Assembly: GCF_036588685.1 (NCBI RefSeq)
Contig: NC_086376.1
Location: 13,578,001-13,642,000, forward strand
Length of the DNA: 64,000 nt
From: Mytilus trossulus
Taxonomy: Eukaryota
Reading direction: 5' to 3'
The first letter of the stretch is position 1; every line of letters begins with the position of its first letter. Below the pieces are notes generated by a model. That model was not told the origin of the DNA, did not search any database, and saw only the letters and a list, made by a program, of their open reading frames with translations. The translations under genes were made by a program, and so were the position numbers. Shown here piece after piece: positions 1-12,800 of this stretch.

Positions 1-738
1 GAACCTGGTTGTCAAAATATTTTTTTTTATATTAAAAAAAACTTTAACCTCACAACATATTTTAAATATGTTAGGATTCTAGTCTGTGGTTGTCTTATAT
101 GTCTAATCTTCATTTTGTGGTTATTTGGAGAATTTAGATTTGATGACAGATACTTGATATTTCCTGTTTAATGTATTCACATCTCAATTGAGTCAGACAC
201 ATTGTATTGAGACAATTTTTTGGATAAATGATTTGTTTTTTTTCGATTTTTTAACAAAAAAACCTGCATAAAAGCTTTATATTAAATGGAACACTTATAT
301 TTGTGGGTAACCCCAACCCACACAATAAGTATCCAACCAATAATGCTTAATTTAAAGTAATACATTCTACTTTACATTAACATATACTTTGTATGGATTG
401 CTTTTTTTCTTATAAAGAATTTTTGTTTTTGTAAGTGACATAGTGATCTGTTGTCGAGTGTTGACTAACAAAAACTATTTCTTGATCTTAAAAATATTTA
501 TTATATTCAATGAAGGTTTAACTAAGTTATTAATCTTCACAATCACAGACTGACGATTAATGTTGATGTAATTGATGATGGAATGTAGGATTGCCATGCC
601 TTTCTCTGCAATTTTCTGAAAACAAATAGAATTTAATCTGACACTCTATGCAAAAGGTGAAAAATGTGAAAAACCAGCCATACAATCTGAACCTACCAGT
701 ATATAATTACTGAAAAAAACTTTGTAACAATCCTTTAC

Positions 739-846
739 CTGCTTCTGTTTCCCCAAATCCACTGGCACAAACTGTACTCCAGCCTTTGTTCTTGTGATAT
801 ACTTCAACCATACCATTACTTCTATAGTTCCCTCTCATTAAACGCA
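739..846 (-). CDS. Exon 20, N-terminal third of SRCR17 (absent from ORF track)
   Basis: VRLMRGNYRSNGMVEVYHKNKGWSTVCASGFGETEA; tttgtag acceptor, G|GTAAAG donor. Confidence 0.82.
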
Positions 847-3800
847 CTACAAACAAACATACAACCTTTATTATATACATTAAACTGATTGAAAGTACTT
901 TTTATCTAACCATATACAAAAAGAGCAGTACAATGGCATTTTTTCTTACTTAATATTTTTTTTACTTCTTATCTGATACCCATGATAATTAAAATTTTAC
1001 CAAAAAAGTAGAGTTAAAAATAGTTTTCGTTTCATTCTATTCAGACTTGGTAGTTATGGTTGAGCAGTTAATATTGTCAGGTTGTATTGACTTCTGACCT
1101 TTTGAATTAACCTTGGAAAAGGGGTATTTTTGCATTTACAGTAAACAGAGTTAATATATAATTTTTAAGTAAAATGGAGAGTAGGAATGGCGAATGTGTC
1201 AAAGAGACAACAACCAAAGAGATGAACTAGATTATTAATTTTTCATATACATAAAATTATTGACTACCCTTTTATTCACCTGATTTGAAACAGACAACTC
1301 CAGCATCATTGCCATGTGTACATCTTTGTGTCTGAGCAGGATACCATGAAGCTTCACACTGTAGGAAGTTTGTCTCATTCCCCATACACTCCACCCTTGT
1401 CATCCAAATATCCTGATCATTAGTGCCTACTGTTGTAGGGTTAGTCTGAACTCCTCCTACAAAGGGACCTAACTGTCGACAGAAGACCTCAGCATCAACA
1501 TCATCCCAGTAAACATTACAAACAGTACCCCATCTACCATTTAAGTAAATCTCTGCTCTGCCACTTCCTTCATATTCCTCACCAATTCTAAACTGCACAC
1601 CCTCTGTAAACAACAATAAATTATATAATTAGACAACAGTTAGGCAACATCTTCTGTTCCAATGAGTGATTTTTAAAGTATTTAGGAATTATTATGCAGA
1701 ATGGTTCATTAATTAATTATATCATTTATCCATCACTGGCATCTTCTTATTTTGATTTTTTTGGCAAAGATAAGCCATTACAAAAGTGACAATAATAAAC
1801 ACGTCGAATTCATGTTAACAGCTGAGTTCAGCAAGTTTTCCATATAAATGATAGGTTTATGATGATATGAACAGTACCTGCTTTCTTTGAGCAAACAATA
1901 GCAGCCCTAGAAGATCTTTCATTACATTGATGGTCCTCTCTGAAGGTTGCCATGGGACACCCATGCAATGTCTTCTCTGTACCAGTACAATTAACATGCC
2001 CAAATAATGTAGGCACATGTCTGAGGACTGTTCCCCTGGTGGCATTACCACCAGCAAAACCTAATTCCCGACAGACTACTTGTGCATCATCATTATCCCA
2101 TCCTACATCACAGATTGATCCCCAGATTCCATATCGCTGCACCTCTACATTACCAAAGAATAATCCACTGGGCCTGGTAACATGGACAGCTGGAAAACAA
2201 AAATAAAATGATTAAAAACTTCACCACCTAGAAGAATGAGGTAATGGAAGTAATGTTTCCTCTTTTTCAATGTTAGAATTATGATAATTATATTTTTTAT
2301 TTATATGTTCTGTTCATTATTTTTTTCTTCCTCTGTAATGTTAATTTCTTTTTTTTTACTGGTGTTTTGTCCATCACTTTTTCAAGCAACTTACAGTGGA
2401 GTTGGACATGTTTATTTCTTAGCTTGCAAACACTGATGATAACATATCCTTTCAATCTCAGGAAACCAGAGTAAAAATATCTCATTTTATTTGCATGTTA
2501 ACTTAAACTTTGTACTTACAATATTTAGTAGCATCAGAATCTGTACAAGCCACAGACACATAATGTTTTGATGGACATGAATCCTCTTCATGTGGACAAT
2601 CATTGAACTTCTCTCTGCCAGTACACTGGACATTAGTAATTCCTATTGGACGAGAAGTCAGCCATGTTCCCTGAGCAGAACAACACTGGGCCCTGCCATC
2701 TGTATATCCCATTGACTGGCATGCCACCTTAGCATCAGTATCATTGAAGTTTTCATCACAAACAGAATACCAGGAATCTTTCTTAAATACCTGAAGTTGT
2801 CCATAGTTGGCCAGTCCAAGTCCAGACAATCTGACTGAAAAGGTTAAAATAAATTTGATAATTTCAACTATGAATATTTATACTATTCAATAAAAAAAAA
2901 TCTCCTATAAATTACATTAATAACTGTAATGTTATATTATGACTATAGGCGGCAACAAGATTCAAAACTTGATCCTTCAGTCTTAAAAAAGGGAAAACAT
3001 AAAAAAACAAAGCTATAAAAAGACACAGTGTTAATTTGATATCATTTTAATTGCCAATCAATATCATTCTAAGCATTTATGAAATCAATAGTTTTTATTG
3101 TTAAGTAGCTATAAATGCCTCTGGTGGAGTTGCTCATTTGCAATCAAACCACATCTCCTTATTTCTATAATGTTCATCCTTGACATTTGTACACATTTTA
3201 TTTTTATAATGTACATCTTTGACATTTGTACACATTTTATTTTTATAATGTACATCTTTGACATTTGTACACATTTTATTTTTATAATGTACATCTTTGA
3301 CATTTGAACATATTTTATTTTTATAATGTACATCTTTGACATACACATTTTATTTTAACATCCTTATTAACTTACCACTTGCATAACATTTAACCCCAAT
3401 ATCTTTCTCGTGTGCTGCACATGCTGTGTCTGGTTTCTCAGCAAGACCTACTAACTCACAGTCCAGTATACTGCTCTCATTACCGTGACAGTAGGCTCTA
3501 CTGATCCACACGGGACCAGTGGTGTTGCCATAGGAATGGTTGACAACATACACACCATACATAAATCCTCTCTGACGACATATCACTGTGGCAACCTTGT
3601 TTGTCATATACCATCCACATATACTTCCCCATGTGCCATTGATTTTGACCTCTACAAGACCTTCAGATTTGGACTTTCCACCAGTTATTCTCAACTCAAA
3701 GCCAGCAGTCTCTGTAAATACATATATGTCATGAACTATATGTCTAAACAATATACTTGATTTATAAGCAGGATTAGAATACAGCTGTAGAATAAAAATG

Positions 3801-6800
3801 GCAAGGTGTCTGCAGACAAAAATATTAAGAAAGGGTATTTGTGGAAATTTAAAGCATAAAGCTATGCTAATACAGTAGCATCAAAATCTATTTTCAATTT
3901 CTTAAAATATATATCTTCAAACATTATAAAATTACAAGAATATTCACAGAAGGAAAAAAATCTAATGGATTAGAAGATGTTAAAAAAACTGATAGGTTTT
4001 ATATCAATTATAGTTGAATAAGATAAAGTAGTTTTTACATATTTTGTACAATACCTTTAGTTTTATAACAGAATGCAGCAGCAGAACTACTGATAGAACA
4101 ATTATCTATCTGACCCCAGGCTAATGTTCCACACTTGTCTAAGTTACTCTCAGCTCCAGTACAATTCAGGTTGTTTAACCATCTGATATCATCAGTCCGT
4201 GATCGAGGTACATGTGGTAGTACATCATGGCGATATTTGTAACCAAATCCTCCCAGAAAGCCTTTCTGTCTACATGCAACCATAGCATCATTACTGTCGT
4301 AGCCATTTGTACAAACCAAACCCTCATGGTTATAGTAGTCTACCCATAGCTTGCCAAAAGTTCCATTCTCAAATCGGAGCTCAAACCCTGAAAGATATGT
4401 CATATCACAATAACAAATGAAAAAGGATTTCTACATTGTAGGGAAATATCCCTAGCTTATTATACGGTATGTGTCAAACTATAGAGTAGACTAGAGAAAA
4501 ATAGCTATGGTATACTTATTTCTTCCTCTTTCTGTGTTTAAGTAATGTTATCATCACTCTGATTATTATTAGTCAGTTGTTAAAAAAAAATTGGAGTTAT
4601 ATCCTAGATTCTATGTAAATTTAAAGTGAGTGTTGAGAAAATTGTCAAAAACATTTAATTTGGAGCTAAGGTAAATTGAAAGGTTTATATCTTATAAGGA
4701 TTATGGCATTTAGATGTGGCGGCCAGATTTTATGAGTGGAAGAGGTAGTATGAGTGTCCGTAGAAAATCATCGACCTTCCATCAGAAAGCTGAGTGGGGG
4801 TTCCAACTGACAACCTCAGTGTTGAATGGTTAGTGATCACAGTAGTAACTACTTAGACCACTCCGCCACAGAGTCAACAACTAAATATGGAAGCTATGTA
4901 TATTTATAATCCTAGAAGAGAAGTATTATTATATAATGATAATAGATGAAAATGGTTATGCTACAATTGTCCAAAATTGGAAAAAAAGTTCCACACATAA
5001 AACAAAATTTTCAATTCTGAATTGCCATATAATGTGGTCAATTATAGATAATGAAACACAATCTCACTAAGTGTGAGAGTTTTGGGGAATTCTCCAAGAA
5101 ATGATTAAGCTGACCTTTTTATGACCAATCAATCAGATTGTGACATGTGGGGCAGGATCTGTTTCCCCTTCTGGAGCAAGTACCTGAGATCAACCCCAGT
5201 TTTTGATGGGGTCTGTGTTGATTAGTTTTTCTTTTTCTATGTTGTGTTTTGTATACTGTTGTTTGTCTTTTTCTTTTTTAGCCATGGCATTGTCAGTTTA
5301 TTTTTCAATTTATGAGTTTGAATTTCCATATGGTATCTTTCGCCCGTCTTTTGTTCCTTCTTATATAAAGCAGTGAATCAGTGACTGGTACCTACCTTTA
5401 TGTGATGGTTCCTTGTCAGTACAGACAACTGAGGCATATTTTTTACTAGCACATCTCTGAAGTCCATCTATAGCTTTACAGTCATTCAGAGTAGGTTCAT
5501 TACCAAGACACTGTAGACCCGTTATTGATATTTGATAATCATGTGACCCAAATGCTGAGCAACATAGACTTTTCCCATAAGCATATCCCATATCTCGACA
5601 GGCTACCTTGGCATCATTGTCATCAAAGTTATCAGAACAGACCATTGTGTAGACCTTGTTCGACCAAATCTGGAGAGCACCATAATCATCTCCTGGACTG
5701 GTATTCACTAAAGGAAAACAGAAACAAATAACATTTATTAATATATTGTTGAGATTTTATCTTCTATAGTGAAGCAGAATAGTGCATACTATTCTACAAT
5801 TTAAAAATTTATAATTGTAGGTCTTAATAAACTTACATACATGACATAATTATACATCTCAAGTAATATTTAAAGTGTACTTAAAACTTTGAAAACACAA
5901 GTCATACAGACTCTTAATACATTTCCAATTTATTGTCAACATGGTCAAGTTAATAAACATTGTTGAAGGTTGTACAATGACTTATAGTTGAAAGTTTCTG
6001 TATCATTTGTTCTCTTGTGGAGAGTTGTCTCTTTGGCAATCATACCAAATCTTCTTTTTACATAATACAAAAATAACATAATAAATTCAATATAGTATTT
6101 AAAATATGGTAGCTCTAATTTAAGCATTGCTGAAAAAAACAAGTCAATCTTTGAATTCCACTATACCTCTTCTAGAACATGTGACTCCTGCATCAGTCAT
6201 ATGCTGAGTACAATAGGACTGGACATTACCCCATCCACGACTAGGACATTCCAGTAAACTAGACTCAGTACTGTCACAGAACATTCCAGATAGGTATACA
6301 TTTCCAGAGCCTGATCCATGATAAGAACCTTTGTAGGCAGTACCATCAGGGTACCCCAGCTGTTGACAGAGAACCCTGGCATCATACTTGCTCCAGTCGT
6401 AATCACATACTGTACCAGAAACTCCATCATAACTAATCTCTACTCTACCATAGTGTTTCTTTCCATCAACAAGCTTAATTTCTACACCTGAAATCAATGT
6501 ATTGAACATTAACACTTTCTGAAATTCTCTAATATTTACAAGTCTCTTACTACAGATTCATTATTATTTATTGAACACAAATTGTTGTGGATTCATGGGA
6601 ACAGGTTATCCATGAATTCAAATGTTCAAAGAAGAAAACATTTTCTTTAGGCTTTGTATGCAGAGATTGGTAAAACAAAGAAAATGAAATATCAACAAAA
6701 ATGCAAGTATTCCTCAATTCATGAACATTGGTAAACACAAAAATAAATTAATCGACAGTGTATGCTTAAGAAAGCCAAAATTTGTTTTGGCCTTCATTTG

Positions 6801-9800
6801 CAAAACATTTTTTTCAATATTTCATATCTATCATGTGCATTTTTAAGTTTCATAAAATGCAAAGCTTGAATATAATAAATCTAAAAAAAAAGTATATGGT
6901 TTTCTGCTCTAAATGTATTTGCTTCAAATCATCACTTACAACTTACTGGTTGTGTTTAAAATGAATTGTGATAATTTTAGGTGGTACGTAACACTACAGG
7001 GAGATAACTCTGTAAAATCAGCAGAACGTTTTAATTAGGTTGTGTTCATAAGGGAATATCAGGCTTCTCAATGATCAAAATAAGTGTTTGTCAAACTGTT
7101 ATATAACCAGTGTAATTTTTCAGATAAAACGGTTGTTTCAAATTTTTTGAAATTTTTATATTTTTGTCCAAGGGTCAAAGTAAATACTTTGTCAAAATTT
7201 AAAGAAAAATAAACGAGCCAAATTAATTTTAGTTAAAGTGTTAGGTACCACCTTAAAGACTTTTTTTTATATCTGATTCTTTTAATTTGTTTAAATAAAT
7301 TATTTCATTTCAATCTTAAATCCAAAAATATATTATTACATTTTGGAAATGTACACCTGTAGAATCTTGCACAGTTCTTACCTGTAGAATTGTAACACAG
7401 TACACCAGCATTCTTAATGGACCTTACACAGTCTAGTGATACATGTGGACTAGCATCACATTCTGCTGGAGAAGACTCTGTTCCGGTACAATTGAAATTT
7501 GTATACCAAACTGGCATTGACCTAGAATACACTTCTTGAGGGCCAAAGACCACACCCCCTTTATAACCAACCATGTGACAGAAAGCATTGGCATCCTTGT
7601 CATCCCAGCCTTCAGTACAGATTGTACCATTCATACCATACTGCTCCGCCAAAACAGAACCATGGTAACCATCTGATATATAAAACTTCTTCTCTGAAAT
7701 AGAAATTATTGAAATAATGTTTGAGTATAATGTTATAGTATATCATAGCACTAAATAAAAACACTGATAGTACTTTTTCCATTTAGCAAAATGCAATTCA
7801 AATATTATAAATTCTGAACTTTTATTGTGGATTTATTGCATTATTCAAACTTCAACTGCCATGAAAGTGATTTATGAAAAAAATAATGAACAATATTTCA
7901 TTAAAGGAGGCATGTACAAGAAGACCAAACATTTCATTAAAGAAGACCATACATTTGATTCATAAATACATAGTTTAATATTTTAATTGTAAATATCATT
8001 TACTGTTCCCTGAAGGAGTATTTAAAACAAAAGTGAATTTATTTGTGTACTGTAAGAATACAATTACAAGTTTTATCCAATACAATTGTATGTTTTTCGA
8101 CTAGAATTGTATGTTTTTTCAATGTTAGTTCGTGTATATGTTTAGGAGTTTAGTATGACGTCCATTTTCACTGAGCTAGTACACATTTTTTATTTAGGGG
8201 CAAGCTGAAGCCTATCAAAGGTTCTGGATTACCCGCTGTGTTGAAGACCCATTGGTGACCTTTGGCTGTGTGTTTTTTTAACTCTTTGGTGAGGTTGTTG
8301 TCTCTTTGACACATTTCCCAATTCCATTCTCTAATTAATAAAATACTTACCAGGTTCAAAGCCACTATTCTTTATACACAGTAGACTAGCATAGTTAACA
8401 GTAACAGAGTTACATTTAGTTGTCACCGTCATCTTACATTCATCTAAGGTCAACTCAGATCCTTTACAGTCCATATTATAAATAGTACCAAAGGATTTGA
8501 GGAATCCAAATGATCCAGGTCCCAGAATCCTAGCTTTATCAAAGCCTATATCTCGACAGACCACATCAGCACTAGCCTGGGTAAAGTTGGTGGCACAGAT
8601 ACTGTACCATTTGTTTTGATTTAGAACTTCTACTCTTCCCGTTATGTAACCTGCTCCTTTCTTACCCTCTAACAGTTTTACTAAATAAATAACAAAAAAT
8701 TAAAAAAATTGATAGCTGTACTTTGACATATAATTGTTAATTTTTATACATTGTGACTTGGATTGGGACTTTGGGAGTTGTCTGATTGGCACTCATACGA
8801 CATCTTTTTATTTATATTGTTTTGAAATAAGAAATATTATTGTATAGCAATATACAGTAATATTTCCCACAGCAAGCAACCAAAAGTTAGCGTGCAATAA
8901 ATTCCAATATTGCACTAGTGCAATAAATCTTCAAAAATTCATGACGTCATCAACGTCAAAATCTAGCTTAAACTAATTTTTACTTTAAATATTATATTGC
9001 TATACAATAAAAGGGTTATTGCATGAATATTGGGGAATATTGTCCCTCGTAGAACATATATTGCACTCGCAAGCTCGTGCAATATAAGATTCTACTCGGG
9101 ACAATATTCCCCAATATTCATGCAATAACCCTATATTACAAATCACTAAAATGTTATCACAGAAATTATTTGAATTAATATGATTTTAGGTCACTTGTTG
9201 AATTTTTTTCATATTTGAATTCTTCCATATTCATCAGCTATTCATTTTATTACATTTTAATTAAAATAACACGAAAAATGAAGAAAGTGCAAAAGACACA
9301 CTTTCACTAGTTAACTAAATTAATAAGGCAGATATACAAAATATTTTGAAACTAAAACTGTAAAAGCAACTACGCTATTCATAATTTTGGATGTGCCGTA
9401 TGTGAGAAATGATGCAGGTAAATCCAAACAGACTTTCTACAGAAAAAGGTTATACAGTATAAAGGGTTTCATGTGTAAAATAAACATTCCTCTTAGCTGA
9501 CATTTATATTTCTGTGGTTTATCTTGAATAGAATGATTCAGAAAGGCAAGGCAAAAGCAAAATCTTAAATTGTAATACCAAATGGCTAATGAAGAATATG
9601 GATTTTCTACATTGTTCCTATCCAATTTTTGTCAGCACTATTTTTCAAGTTTTGAAATATAAAAAAAAGAACTACATTTTGTACCTGGTATTACTTATAA
9701 TTGAGAAACATGTCAATCTTGGTTACTGTTATCATCTATCTTATAATTGAGGAGATTTTACGTATTTTCATAGTACAATGTAACTTTTATATCCTAACAG

Positions 9801-12800
9801 CATTCACTTTTCCCTTAATAAAAAAGAAAATCAAATGTATATTACCATTTTTCCAGCAATAGACCCCAACATGATCTTTACAATCTGGTATATTGAGAAC
9901 TCTATAGCCATAACTAGAACATCCCAATAGTGAGGTTTCAGTTCCAGTACACCAAATGTTAGACAGGAAAGCAGGCTCATTACCAGGCTTTACCCTAAAA
10001 CGTTAAGTTGACAATAATATTATTATGTTACTACAATAATTATCTACATATTAGATTTGACAAAAAATGACATTATAATCCAGTTATTATTAAAAAAAAA
10101 TCTTCTAAATTATTTCACTTTTCCCTAACATCCTTAGTTCTAAATATAAATTTCTTAAAGTAATTCCAGTGTCTTGTAGTTTTTGGTCATGGTGATTCCA
10201 ACAGTGAGAAGATGAACTATCATTGCTATACAATTTATTACTTGTCTTCATGACAAAAAGGTCAAGAAAATAACATCAAAGTTAGATTATCCTTAAACTT
10301 TAAATATTAAATGATGATATATATATGTGCTAAGTGTCTACAACATTTTACAATCTTCTTATATGTAACAAATATGTGTATAGTAATTCTATCATGCTTA
10401 TCACTAAAATAATTGGAAAACAAAAACATGTGATAAGACAGAATCTATAGGTTTAAGAATTGGAAGTCACTGAAACATGAAATTGGGGTCAGGGACAACA
10501 AAAAGATACCAGATGGGAATTCATTTTATTCACTTGTTGACTCTTTCAATTAGAGTTTTTGTCTCCTTTTACATGTTGCAAGATAAAACATAAATTACAA
10601 TATAAGAAAAAACAAAAAGTCTGACAGAATGAACACTTACGCCATAGGTTCTCCAGAATTATATCCCATACTCCTACAAACTACTGTAGCCTCTTGTTGA
10701 CCCCATTTATTGTCACAAACAGATCCTATTTCCTCGTCTATACGGATAATAACTCTACCGTAGTTATCACCTCCGTCTCTCAACAATGTATGAGGTGCTG
10801 AAATTGAAAAATGATAAATACATGTACTGACATAATACTTATACCATGTAAACAATGGTAAACTGGCTAACATGACTTTTTCATTTTGTAATTTCTCTAC
10901 CAGAAATCTAGAAAAACAAACCAACATGAAATTCCTATAACTGATTTTAAAGTACAATTCTTGTTTTCACAATATGTTAACAAGGTTTTTTCCATACTCT
11001 GTTTTTCTTTCTGTATCAAGTATCATTAGGACAAATCTGAGGATTTGATGATCACTAAAAATATTGTTATATCTCACACTTCTTCTTGCAGATAGATTTC
11101 TTTCAAAATAAATGTATTTCTTAAAAATATCTGCCAATTAATTTTCTTTTGAACCCATTTAAACATTTCTTTAGTATTTTACATGTTCTGTGATAAAAGC
11201 TAAGTTATTGAATTATCAATCCATATATCATATATATATATAGGATTCCTAAAAAAAACTCATCATTTATTGTTCTTTGATATTTTGTAGTAAAATAGTG
11301 ATCTGGCAATTGATATTAAATTAACCATAAAATTAATCATTCTTACCAAAACTATTATAACAAATGGCCCCTGCCACTGATGAACTATAACATACACCAG
11401 TATCTCCTTTACATTGGGAGAAATCACTTTCATTCCCAAAGCAATGGTACTCCGACACCAGTACAGGAACAGATGAAGGCTTGTGATAGACAGTAGCCAC
11501 CCCTCCTGCAAACTTCTTTGTCTTACACAGAACATTAGCTGCTTTGTCGTCCCAGAAGGAAGAACACACTTGACCCCATGTGTTGAAGGCTCTGACAGAA
11601 ACAACACCAAAACTGTGTACACCACCTTCTGATTCCGATCCTCCTATGTTGACCTTTACCACTAAAAATATAAATATAATAAGTTAAACGTACATATATA
11701 TTTTTTTTTAATTCTAAAATAACATTTCTTTATCGCCTGTTCAGATCTGTCAAATTTATTCAAATCCACGGTATGAAATCAAACATAAGTTGAAAAATGT
11801 TCATTATAAGATTTCATGTGCTTGGCGCTTTATTTACATTTATGTTTATATTGGTTTTATAAGCCACTGTCATTCTTTGGAGGTAATCTTGATGAATAAT
11901 TAATTAAATGTTGTCTTTTCTTAAATACACAAATAATGTTGATCTGTTCATTGTCTTTTTGTGTCGGGATGTATAAGTACCCGGCCACGTCCACTTTTAT
12001 TTTTGTCTATCTGCTGAGTTAAGCCTTTTTCAACTGATTTTTATAGTTCCTTCTTATGTTGTACTGTTATACCACTGTCCCAGGTTAGGGGAAGGGTTGG
12101 AAACCCGCTAACATTTTTAACCCCGCCACATTATTCATGTATGTGCCTGTCCAAAGTCAGGAGCCTATAATTCAGTGGTTGTCGTTTGTTTATATGTCAC
12201 ATATTTGTTTTTCGTTCATTTTTCTACATAAATAAGGCCGTTAGTTTTCTTGCTTGAATTGTTTTACATTGTCTTATCGGGGCCTTTTATAGCTGACTAT
12301 ATGCGGTATGGGCTTTGCTCATTGTTGAAGGCCGTATGGTGACCTATAATTGTTAATGTTTGTGTCATTTTGATCTTTTGTGGATAGTTGTCTCATTGGC
12401 AATCATACCACATCTTCTTTTTTATATCGATACATCCTAAAATATAAAGATTTCATCAACATTCTTTATATTGCTTACCTGTATCAGAACTTCCATTGAA
12501 ACAACTGACAGCTGCATATCCAAAATATTTGTTACTGCAAACTTTTTTTGTTTGGAATTGACATTTAAATATAGAATCTTCTGTTCCTTTACAGCTTATC
12601 TGTGTTAAAGGATACTTGTTGTATTTTCCAAAACTTCCCTGTGGCAACACTGTTCCGTTATTATAACCTAGCTCCTTACAAACAAGCCGTGACTCAAACA
12701 ATCCAAATCCACTCAGACAGATGTCAAACCAGCTTTGTTCAGAGGTGACAAAGATATTTACTACACCATTGTCAGGTCTTATGGACTGTAATAATCTGAC

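Noticed and set aside
3098-3348. Three periodic ORFs
   Set aside because: By-products of the 39-bp minisatellite
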